Below are positions 51,691 through 62,281 of a stretch of DNA of 64,000 nucleotides, in pieces. The position numbers and the translations under genes were made by a program. Origin of the DNA: Camelus ferus (Eukaryota); the NCBI RefSeq assembly GCF_009834535.1, contig NC_045696.1, positions 18,478,001-18,542,000 on the forward strand, written 5' to 3'. Within the stretch, counting starts at the first letter, position 1, and each line of letters starts with the position of its first letter. Under the pieces are notes generated by a model, which saw only the letters and a program-made list of their open reading frames with translations, did no database searches and had not been told where the DNA came from.

Positions 51691-53079
51691 ATGGACAAGT
51701 AAAAATGTTTAATGAGTTATTTTTATGCTGACCCATTTTTAGTTGTTACATTCTCCAAAAAAAAAAAAAAAAAACTTGATTGGTTAAACTTCTGAAATAT
51801 TTATTCCACTGATAATTTTAATCTATCAGTAATTTAGGATTTATAGGTCTGGCAAGTTTTCTGTCACAATGAACATGTAAGTGAATGAAGAAAGCTGTGC
51901 TGTGGAAAGTGAGAAAAGCCTCATGTAAGTACCTGTGCTGACAGAGTTTATTAAGGAAAGCACAAGATGGTTTATGCAAAAGTGGGGAAACTGAAGCAAA
52001 ATGCAGGCAATCTTGTCTTCTTTCTTAATTACCTATGAGATCTTGGAAAGGTATTTAACACGATCATTTTTCACATCCTTTTTAGTTCTGAAATCTCATA
52101 ACTATATGATCTAACTAAACATACATCGAATTCATTATGCCAAGAATATTAGAATATTAACATAAAGGAAAAATTTGCACTACTTGTTTAGCTCTATCAT
52201 ATTTCCTTGTTATTTTCTCTGTTACATATATAGTACTGAAATAATCCAGCTGTTATCAATTCTCGGCTGGTTCTTTAACAAAATATGGCTTTCTTAAGTA
52301 ACGATAAACCACATAGCTTTGCAGGGGTTCTTAGATTAATCACTTACCACGTGTGAGATGATTTTGGTTCTTATCACCCCACTAAGGTCACATTACTGGC
52401 CACATTGACCGCTTTTGAACCCATTGCTCAGCAGGCAGGAGGAGCGAACCATGTTTAATGTTCTTGTTTTATTTCTAGTTCTCAGAGATCTTGATTTTTG
52501 TCTCTTTTTCCCAGTTTACAATTATTAGTTTGTGTGTTTGCTATTTCGTATATAAAATAAGTGTACCTGACTTTAGAACAGATTATATAGTTTATATCAT
52601 GAACTCATCATAATTTCCTGAATGGAAATTATAATATTTGTTTTTTATTTGCAATGTATATAGAGGTTAATCTAAGTAAGTAGAGAGTGAAAATGTGTGG
52701 ACCTCTTGGTTGGGTCTAGAAAAACCTATTGCATGCGTAAGGCAGTGGATTAAAAAATGTAGATAGCAAGAAGCAAAAGTTAGGTGGGAAAGAAAATAAA
52801 CATTTATAAATAAGCTTTTCACCATTAATCTAGGATTCTTAGAAAGAGAAGAGAATGTTCTCGTTTGAAACCAATATGCACCTGAGATATCCTTACACTG
52901 GGAAAGGTTCTTACTACAAACGAAAATTACAACAAAAAAGTTGCATGGAAATCTCAAGTTTTCTTGTTTTTTTTAGAGTTCAATCTTAAAATCATCATGG
53001 CCTTTTGAATTTCTTTCTTTTGCCTTTAAGGGGAAACTCCAAAGTTTCCATGAAATTATAACTAAATTGCTCAAGACCC

Positions 53080-53831
53080 TATGCTAACTCAGGGTCCAGC
53101 AAGAAGCAGGTGGTTGAGAAGGATAAGTTCAGAGGATATAATGTGCAACATGGTGACTCCAGTTAGTAATATAATATTGTGTACTTGAAAGTTATCAAGT
53201 AGACCTTAAACATTTTCACCATACACATACAGAAAAGAATGAATTATGTGAGGTGAAGGATGTGTTAATTTTCTTGATCTTGGTAATCACTCCATGATAT
53301 ATATGCATATCGTATCATTATGTTGTATACTTTAACCTTATATAGTTATATTTGTCAATTATTACTCAATAAAACTGGGAAAAAAGAAATTTGAGAAAGT
53401 AAATTTAAAAAGGGACAATTTACAGACATGTGGATAGAATGTAGGAGAACAGAAACAGATAGTAGAATATTCTGGGGCTAGTTATAGCACAAATCCATTT
53501 CCATCATTCAGTCTGGAGAATCAAAGACAAAGAGTGGTTAATGAACTTAAGAAGTGAATGTGTGGAACAAGCCCCTCCACCCCCACCCCCTTACGGGCTG
53601 GTGATACACTCAGCTCCAGGTGGTTACATAGGAAAGAAAATGAAGGAAAAATGGAACAATCTCACACTCCTCTGATTTCTGGCCAGGGCTCTCCATTGGC
53701 CAAAATCAGTGCAAAGACAGAAGACAAGGGAACCTGTTGATAAAGTACCTACAGATGGCCCTCAGAACACAGTGAAGTGTGCCAAAGGAGGGAAAGTGGA
53801 TCAGGATGGGGAGAACAGACAAGCCAGGACA
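53080..53831 (-). mobile_element. LTR33-like ERVL LTR, interrupted by an L1 stub
   Basis: 'tcagggtccagcaagaagcaggtgg' ... 'aaagggacaatttacagacatgtgg' ... 'ctccattggccaaaatc...gaagacaagggaacctgttgat'. Confidence 0.8.
53120..53390 (+). mobile_element. L1MA9-like 3' end
   Basis: 'tgtgcaacatggtgactccagttagtaat...tgtacttgaaagtt...tatgtgaggtgaaggatgtgttaa...ctcaataaaactgggaaaaaa'. Confidence 0.85.
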
Positions 53832-54360
53832 GACCCATTGGTCATTTAATTGGTCATTTTAAAAGCACAAGTATATTGGGATTTTATTTGGACCTTATTC
53901 CATCCAAGGCTACCATAACAAGCTTCATTGATTCTCAATGATCAAAACTAGTGTAAATCAACACTATCACACACTATTATCATTTGCCATCCCACTCTCC
54001 ACTTTCTCACTACACCCATCACTTCTTCAAAGTTGAAGTGTAGCTGCTTGTGTTTCTTAATTTGTTTGTTGTGTTGTGTTTTCGTCTAGAAAACAGACAT
54101 GAGGTATAAATTACACTTCAATACCAGTATTTTCTTTATGTCCAACATACAACTATATTTATCTATTTTAGAATCAGCCTTCAATTGTCATTAGTCAATC
54201 AAACATTTGGAACTTTGATAAAATATTAGATTCACTAAAATTCACTACACTGTCCATAGATTTATATTTACTATTTTGATACAATTTAAAATTTCCCCAC
54301 TTCCCCCAATTCTGACAACTGCTTACAACTGTGCTCTTGTTAGGCTCCTCCATTAACAAG

Positions 54361-54908
54361 TGTCAGGGCTCAGAGGAGGCCACTCCAATACACGCCACAG
54401 TGGCATATTGATTATTTTGAATTAAAGCTACTTGAGAAACAGTCGATATGAAAAGAAGACTGATTCTGTCTGTCCCCTCTGAAAGCAGCAAATAAATGCC
54501 CTGTGTTAAAGGTCCCCTCCCTGTACCGGGAGAAAGAGAGACGTACTTATTACAAGAGATAGGGAATCCAGGGCCAACAAATCCTTTTACTTCTTCACTG
54601 CTTTGCTAGGTTTCCAAACCTAAACTCTGCTTGGATTCTTCATTAATTTAGCACGAAAGCCTAAGTTTCTTTGGTCAATCAATTCCTCACAAATTCTTTT
54701 TTCTTTTCTTTTCTTTTTTTTTTTAATTTTGTCTAAAAAACATAAAACCTGCCTGCCTTGGTCACTTCTTAGGTTCCCTGTCTGTGAAGCCTCCATACCT
54801 ACAAATTGCATTTATTTTTTCTCCTATTAATCTGTCTTGTATGAATTTAATAATTAGAGCAAGCAAAAGAACTCAGAAAAGAAAGGGGGAATTTCCTCCT
54901 CCCCAACA
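54361..54908 (+). mobile_element. MER34-like ERV1 solo LTR
   Basis: TGTCAGGGCTCAGA...CCTCCCCAACA; 'tggcatattgattattttgaattaaag'; 4-bp flanks caag/aaag (TSD with one mismatch). Confidence 0.85.
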
Positions 54909-54960
54909 AAAGCATCAGAAACATGGCCACATTTGCTGAGTCACTGAATCATTATATAAC

Positions 54961-54990
54961 AGAGAGAGAGTGAGAAAGAGAGAGAGAGAC
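54961..54990. repeat. (GA)n microsatellite
   Basis: Read directly from the sequence. Confidence 0.85.
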
Positions 54991-55702
54991 CAAGACAGAG
55001 TTCAGAAGAGGGAAGAAACAAAACAACAAATTCCTGTGCCACATAGATTAGTCATTAACATAGAAGCTAGAATAATACACTTCAGATCTAGCATCACTCT
55101 GCCTCACCTAAGGACACACACCACTTCATTTTTCTTACTCTGGTAATTTTCTCTAAGAGCAAACTGCTGATTTATCATCCATACATTTCCTTCTTGGGAT
55201 ATCAAAAAATAAATTTACTCTTTTTCTATCTATATCATAGTTTCTTTATTCTGATTTCCCCCTGTGTTTCATTCAAATCCACAACACGTACTGTTTGTGC
55301 TTGCTTTTATCTGAGTCTAACAGAAAGGGCCCATGGTAAAGAGAATGTTGAAAATAGACCTTATCTTTGGAACTGTCAAATATCTCAATGGCTGACCTTG
55401 GGTTGGGCACAAATCCCTGGTCCAGTTTTATATCTGAGTGATAGGTTGTTATTATAATTGAACACTCAAGGTACAATATTTGTCAACTGGTAAGTATATA
55501 CGTCTGTCTAATAGTTTCAGAAGATGGATGTATGTTAAGGATTATGCTTTCCTTTCTAGTGATATATGTTTATTTTTCTTTATAAAAATTTCTATGTCTT
55601 TATAGAAATATAATAGATCTGTTTAGATAAATCAGTCAAATATTATTTACCTAGCCTACTCTAATATTATGGATATATCAAATAGAAATATTTCATATTT
55701 TT

Positions 55703-55797
55703 TAAAATTTTATTTTATTGAGTTATAGTCAGTTTACCATGTTGTGTCAATTTCCAATACAGAACACAATTTTTCAGTTATACATGAACATACGTAT
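55703..55797 (-). mobile_element. Young L1 3' stub (camelid-like) with TSD
   Basis: 'ttattgagttatagtcagtttaccatgttgtgtcaatttcc...cacaatttttcagttatacatgaacatac', similar to the 3' end of the 46926-50015 element; TSD atatttca(t/g)attttt at 55688 and 55798. Confidence 0.9.
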
Positions 55798-56173
55798 ATA
55801 TTTCAGATTTTTGAATGAATTAATCTATCTAAATAGATTTATCCTGCTAACATATACATAGAATGTAAAATAAAAAATATATATGTGTGTGTATAGGTAT
55901 TTATATACATCTAAATATGTTATAAATATGTGCTTATATACTTGATTTATAAATACACTACTTTGTTAGGAAGTAAATTACATTTTGATTGTGAAGACAA
56001 AGTGGAGTACCTGAGAATTGAAACTAACATAATTAACTGTCCTCTGTGTTAAACAATACTGATTGTTGACATCCTTTCCTGTCCCTATATTAAACAGGAC
56101 TAGAACTGAGAAAATTAAATTAGCTGCTTTCTCCAAGACATATCTTCTCCTAGAAGATAAGACTGTGAATTCA

Positions 56174-56626
56174 TGTATCAATTTCCTGGGCTGCCAAGAC
56201 AAATTACCACAAGCTGGGTGACTTTAAACCATAGCAATTTTTTGTCTTAAAATTTTGGAGGCCAGAAGTCTGAAATCAAATAGGATCATGCTCCCTTTGA
56301 AGGCTCCAGGGGAGGAGACCTCCTTACCTCTTTATTCCTTCTGATGGTTGCAGGAAATCCTGGGTATTCCTTGTTGAAGATAGATCATTTCAATTTCTGC
56401 CTTCATTTGTCACATAGTATTCTCTCTTGGTGTCTGTGTCTTTTCTCTTCCTCTAAAAACACCAGTCATTGGATTAGGGTCTACTTCAATCTAGTGTGAC
56501 TTTATTTTAACTAATTATATCTGTAAAGGCTATTTTCAAACAAGCTCACTTTAACAGCTACTGGATGTTAGGACTTAAGTATAACTTTTTGGGGTATACA
56601 ACAAACGCACATCAATCCACTAAACA
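56174..56626 (-). mobile_element. MaLR LTR (MLT1C-like)
   Basis: 'gggctgccaagacaaattaccacaagctgggtgacttt...ggaggccagaagtctgaaatcaa...caccagtcattggattaggg'. Confidence 0.9.
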
Positions 56627-56639
56627 ACTTACTTATTCA

Positions 56640-57198
56640 AGAGTAATTGTTTGCTAATCTGGACTTGCTTCGAGTCCCTCTCCTTGCTGTGAGCACAAAC
56701 TCAAAGCTATGATGTTACAAACTCTACTCAATTATAACTATTTCTTCATTTTGCAAGACCTCAAAGATCTCAAAAAACAGCTAGGCCAACTTCTAGAACT
56801 TTAATAACATGCTGCCCTAATTTTCCATTTTGAGACCCAAGATGTTAATTTGATGTCCCACTTTACTATTGCAAGTTTAATAAGCTGTGCTTTGCTTAAT
56901 TAACATTTATGCTAATGATTTTGGGGGCGTAAATAGTCAACACACCTAGATGTCCCTTGGTAAGTTTTGCTCATTAAGATTTGCTTCAAAACTTTCTCTT
57001 CACTCTTCTTATAATTCCAAAGCCATTATGTCCCAAACTGTGCATGATCTCTTTCAGTTTCCTACCTTGCAAAGCCTGATTTAAAATAAACCAGCCTAGG
57101 ACCTAAATTTTTAAAAATACCTTTTCTTTATTTTCCATTTTGAGATAATGCTGTAACTCTGTCAGCACAAAACCTTCTCTTATTGCAGAGTGATAAAA
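56640..57198 (+). mobile_element. Two tandem ERV1-type LTR 3' portions (MER89/MER90-like)
   Basis: Shared anchors caaagc(t/c)at(g/t)atgt (56702/57018) and attttccattttgaga (56820/57130); the first unit ends 'gggggcgtaaatagtcaaca'. Confidence 0.6.
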
Positions 57199-57239
57199 TT
57201 TTAAATATATTTTATATTTAAAATATATATAAAATAATA

Positions 57240-57400
57240 ACAAGAATATGGAAATCATCCAAAAGTTCATGAACAGGAGATGAAGAAATGAATAAACAAA
57301 TAATGATATAGTGACAATTAGAATATTGCCTAGCAATAAAAATTATAAACAACTTACACATAAAACACAAGTAGGAAGTATGAATAATGAATCTCATTTC
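57240..57400 (+). mobile_element. Old L1 3' fragment
   Basis: 'tggaaatcatccaaaagttcatgaacaggaga...gaataaacaaataatgatatag...gaatattgcctagcaataaaaa'. Confidence 0.6.
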
Positions 57401-57998
57401 CTACTTTTGTAGATCTATTATGTCAGACATAAAAAAAAAATATCTTTTCAAGATCCCACAAGTATTTAGTGAAGAAGACATGATTGTCAGAATTTTGACA
57501 TAGCTTTCCCACCTTTTCCATAGATCATGTCATGTTAAATTGGGAATACTCCCGTATTGTGTGTTAATACAGAATACGTTTTAAATTCAGAACCTTTAAA
57601 ACTCTTAGTATCATTACACTTGTACAAGGCAGTAAAAGAAGAAACTTTGTAATTATCAAAAACTTTATAGTTATCCATAAACTATATGGCTATGACCCAT
57701 AGTCATTTCCTTCACACTTACTTTTTCTGCCCCTTTTACTTTTCCTCCCCACTGTCAGAATGTCATCAACTCCTAGATGGGATGATGTGAATGGGTGAAA
57801 CAACAGACCAGTTTTCTCACTGAAGTTTAGTTCTTTCTCTGATTCCTTCCATTGTGCCAGATAGAACCATTGTTTATTTCTTGCAGCCATGCTTCTTTCT
57901 TCATAAATTACTTGTGTGTATACATTGCTTGCATTTTGAATCTATCAAGTATTAGAAGAAATGGAATGCTTTGTATTGCAATGGAAATGATTGGATGG

Positions 57999-58130
57999 TC
58001 TATTAGTCAGATGTATTTGTTCTGTATTTTATATATATATATATATGATATGTGATATATATAGTCTCATTATATATAATAGATGTGGAGATATATATAT
58101 AACTGTATCTCTATATATGTATATATGTTA

Positions 58131-58189
<59 letters not shown>

Positions 58190-58470
58190 AGGTAGATAGA
58201 TAGAGAGAGAGGGAGAGAAAGAGAGAATATGAGAAAGAGAATTACTATAAGGAATAGGTTTATATGATTATGGAAGCTGAAAGTGATATATCTGCAGGTG
58301 AGTTGGCAGCCAGCAAGCTGGGGATCCAGGAGAGCAAATGGTTTAGTTCCAGTACTGGTTCAGAGTTCAGAACCAATGGTGTGATTCTCATCTGAATATA
58401 GACAGACTTGAGACACAAGAAGAGCCTATGATTCAGTTCAAGTCCCAAAGCAGGAAAAATACAGATGTTT
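57999..58470 (-). mobile_element. MLT2-type ERVL LTR (partial) with expanded internal microsatellite
   Basis: 'tattagtcag'+(TA/TC/GA)n+'ttactataaggaataggtttatatgattatggaagctga...gcaagctggggatccaggagagc...cagttcaagtcccaaagcaggaaaaa'. Confidence 0.85.
58030..58238. repeat. Compound (TA)n/(TC)n/(TG)n/(GA)n microsatellite
   Basis: Read directly from the sequence. Confidence 0.9.
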
Positions 58471-58599
58471 TTGTTGTTAAGATCCTAAAAGGCTTATCAT
58501 TTCCCTTAGGGGTTAAGCAGTAGAGGTCTCTTGCAGCACTGCATTTTCTGAATTTATGTACCCTCTCTTTTCCTCTTTTATTCCTGCTTCAGGATGATT

Positions 58600-59205
58600 A
58601 ACATCAAATGAAGCCACAGCAGAGAACACACCCTACAAACATTCTAATTTCCAACTCTTTGTCCTAGCACTACAAGTGTGTTAAGTAGATGATCTGCCTT
58701 CTGAGTTTCTGCAGGTTATATTAAAAATATATATGCACCACTATGTAGCACAGGCCTGTGTTATTTTAACATCCAGTAAGAGTTTATTTATCTCCATGTG
58801 AATAGCATGCCAAGCTAAGTGACTTGGTTTCGCTGTATCAGCACAATATGACCCTCAATTTTTTCATCAGTCAGGAAAAGATGTTTGTTTCTTATTCATG
58901 CTACATGTCCTATAGGAACCATCTGGTATTGGGCCCATATGTTCTTACTCTGAGAACAAAGCTAATAGGTTTATCACAGGGAACATAGAGACTCATCATG
59001 CTGTAGGAGGACAAGGTGAGGAATTTTACAGCTTCTTAGTGACTCTATCTAGAAGTGAAACATGTCATTTTTTTTCCATGGTTTTTAACCAAAGTAAAAC
59101 TCATAGGCTTGATTAACTATAAATAGGGTAGGTAAGTTCAGTTTTAATGATTGTGCAAAAAAAGGAAAAAACAGAACACTCTTGAATTTTCTTAATGGCT
59201 ACCAA
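58600..59205 (-). mobile_element. MaLR internal fragment plus MLT1J/K-like LTR
   Basis: 'ctgccttctgagtttctgcagg' (int-like); 'tttcttattcatgctacatgtcc', 'ctagaagtgaaacatgtcattt...accaaagtaaaactcatagg'. Confidence 0.65.
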
Positions 59206-59286
59206 ACTAATTTTCATAATTCATAGAAATCCTTCTTTCCCACGATATCACCATTGCATTCTACAAAGTAAGCTGGGACTGTCATA

Positions 59287-59580
59287 CAGTGGCTGTCAAA
59301 CTCTGGGATTTGACTCATTTGTGAGTAGAAAAATAATTATTTAGTTGTGTCTCAAATAACACTTTTGAATGAAAGATGAATATCATAGAATATGATAATA
59401 AATTAGAATAAATCAAAGTTCATGGTAGTCAAACAAAAGCACTATTTTGTGAAATGATACATGTATATTTTGCATATATATCAGTCCAAAAATACAGGAT
59501 TATTATATTATTAACGTATAAAATTATAATACACACCATGTTGTAATGTACTTCACAGCCAAAAATGTGTAAAGCCATGG
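59287..59580. mobile_element. hAT-Charlie-type MITE
   Basis: TIR-like ends 'cagtggctgtcaaact' ... 'aaaatgtgtaaagccatgg'; internal 'actattttgtgaaa'. Confidence 0.6.
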
Positions 59581-59654
59581 TTTTAATGTATGCACTGAGG
59601 CTGCGGCAGCTTGAGGTCTTATACTTTACTTAGTTTTGGTTGAACTTCTATACT

Positions 59655-59842
59655 GACATTTTGCAAAGCTCTTTCACATATATTTCAGTTCACCCTTAAA
59701 ACAACCTTATAAATATGCATAGTTATCTGCAAAATGCAAAACTAAGTCTAAGCAATATGGTGCCTTGACCAAAGGTACAATTTGCAAATGGCAGGGTGAT
59801 CACAATTATAACTTTAAAACCTATTCTTTCCATTACCCAATG
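59655..59842 (-). mobile_element. MIR SINE
   Basis: 'gcaaagctctttcacatatatttc...acaaccttat...aaactaagtct...tgccttgaccaaaggtacaa'. Confidence 0.75.
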
Positions 59843-60084
59843 ACACCCTGCCAAAATCACTATGGTTTATAGCTTCTTTAAGGAATTACTCTCTTTACTA
59901 AATTCTGAGCTTCATTTTTTGTTCCTCTTATGCATTTCTTACAAATTAGAAATAATTATGTATCTTAAAATAGATGTAAGTATTTAATATACAGAGTTTC
60001 ATCTACATCAATATTAAATTTCACGCCTTACCGCTGAAGGCAAATAAGTTGCAGAACTCTTTAGGTAGTTACCACTATTACATA

Positions 60085-60170
60085 TTAAGCACTTTATTAG
60101 ATACTGGGGCTACAAAAGTAGATAAGTGATGACTTGCCTGCATGAAAGCAGCCTGGTGGGGATATGGTTG
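60085..60170 (-). mobile_element. L2 3' fragment
   Basis: 'aagcactttattagatactggggctacaaaagtagataag...cttgcctgcatgaaagc'. Confidence 0.55.
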
Positions 60171-60619
60171 TACAAATATAAAAGTCAATACAATGTAAAA
60201 ATACTGCTCTAGAAAAGTATTCAGAATCCTGGAGAATATTGAGCATGTAGGAAACACTGTGAGACCTAATGAAGTTCTGAGTAATAATAAGTCTGGAAAA
60301 AAAGTTTAACCAAGCCTTTGATGAATAAACCAAAAGACATCTTAAGATGAAGTTAGAAATGTAGTAAAGACATACCAATTTGGAAATAGAATTCTTTCTC
60401 TTATCAAACACGCATTTAGAACCAATTATGCACCGGGAGATAACTGTAGGCACTTGAAATAGGAAGATTAAAAAAATAATGTCCACCTTGATTTCAAAGA
60501 CCTTAAAAAAAAACGAAGAAGAAGAAGCTAGTGTAGTTCAAACAGTTGTTACGATGGAAAGTTTGAAGAAAGAAAGGTAACGTGATTTTAAGTGGTCTTG
60601 TTATGAACGGTTTTCAAAC

Positions 60620-60790
60620 CAGTTAATATGGGATTTAAGGTCTGAGCAGTACAGCCAAATTTCCTAGATTCAAATTTTGGCTGTGTTCAGGACAAGCTAC
60701 TTTATCTATCTGTACTTTAGGTTTCCTGTATGTAAAATAGATATAATAGTAGAATTTACCTCAGTAGATTTCTGTCAGGATTACAAATAT
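60620..60790 (+). mobile_element. MIR SINE
   Basis: 'ctagattcaaattttggctgtg...ggacaagctacttt...gtttcctgtatgtaaaatagatataatagtagaatttacctc'. Confidence 0.8.
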
Positions 60791-62281
60791 ATGTATGTAT
60801 CTCTGTGTGTGTGTGTATTCATTGCTTACCATTTTATAAGCAACATAAGTAATTTCTATAATCACTATATATCAGAGAATAGAGAATAGATTTTTTTTTT
60901 ACATTTTAAAATTTTTTAGATTTTTTAACATTCTTGTGATAATTGTCACAATGTACTGAAGGATCATTAGAAAGGGAATGGCTTGCTTCATCCAAACTGA
61001 TTAATCTAACAATTCCTTCCTTCTTATTTTCCCTAACTTGCATTTCTTTATTTTCTGAATGCATAGTTCATTGTTTGTTATCTTTTAATTAAAAGGAACA
61101 GAATAAAAAGATTTATTTGATCAAATTGTGTGGATGTGAGGCTGAAGTATGGAAGTTTGACTATATTATATCAAAATGTACCATTGCAAGGAAAACATTG
61201 CTAATTGATATTGGAAATTTTAAATTCCAGAAAGTTTTGATTTTGTTGTGTCAGATAATTTGTATTTTTATTACATATAGTTTATATCCACTTGGTTTAA
61301 ATGCTAAGAAGCTATATAATGTTCATTAGAATACCATCATTTTCATTACCATTTTGCAGTGGCAATCACACTAACCCAATAGTGAATATAGTAATTGGTT
61401 CCAACTTGCTTGACAGATGTTATGCAAACTCAGAACTTTCTTTGGTTATGGCATATAGTTATAGTCTTTACTTTCAACTTTGTAGCCTATAATGTACTGT
61501 CACTTGCATGATCTCATTTTATTTGCCTCATAATAATTTTATCTAGTTTTTCTTGTCCATTCAAAAGGACATTAAGGTTTTTCACCAAAGATTTGAAAAT
61601 ATTGCCATCAGAGAGTAAAACCATAAAATCAGCTCATGGTGGAAGAAAATGTTCATCCTAAATGTACCATTTTACAGAATAAATGGCAAATATGTGATTT
61701 TTTAATGTTTCCTTATTAGTCTATGTTAGGATGTTTTGATGTAAAAAAATTAAAAGCACTAAAAATAGGGGGAAAGAACTTAGCAAGAGAAGAATTATTG
61801 TGGGAAGATGCCAATATAGAACTTTGTGAACATCAGAGCAATACTGTGAGAAAGTAGAATCCCACCAAATGGATGACACTATTCTGATTTCCTTAGCAAA
61901 ACTAAAGAAAAACTCAGAACAAATTTTATAGCTGGAGAAATTCTTAATGAAGAATTGTGGAATACTTAAAACATCAATAATCTGAAATCAACATATGATA
62001 TAGTATAAATTCTTTTTAGTCCTAACCAAATCTAACTACCTTATTTTCAAGTGGATTACCAAGTCACCAGATGATAGCAAGATGTTAAAATAATCATATG
62101 ATCTTCAGATACCCTGGTTTCTGACTCTGATTTCTGATTACAAATTTACATTTTTTTAGTCTACTTCTTTCTCATGTGAAATTTAGTTATTGTGAGCCAA
62201 ATTCCACACTAAGAGGAGTCTCTGGGTCATACATTATAGAGATCAACAGTATTATCCAGATACAACATAATCTAGATCTTA

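Noticed and set aside
58288..58305. ctgcag|gtgagt as a recursive splice site
   Set aside because: Inside an MLT2 LTR and lacks a polypyrimidine tract.
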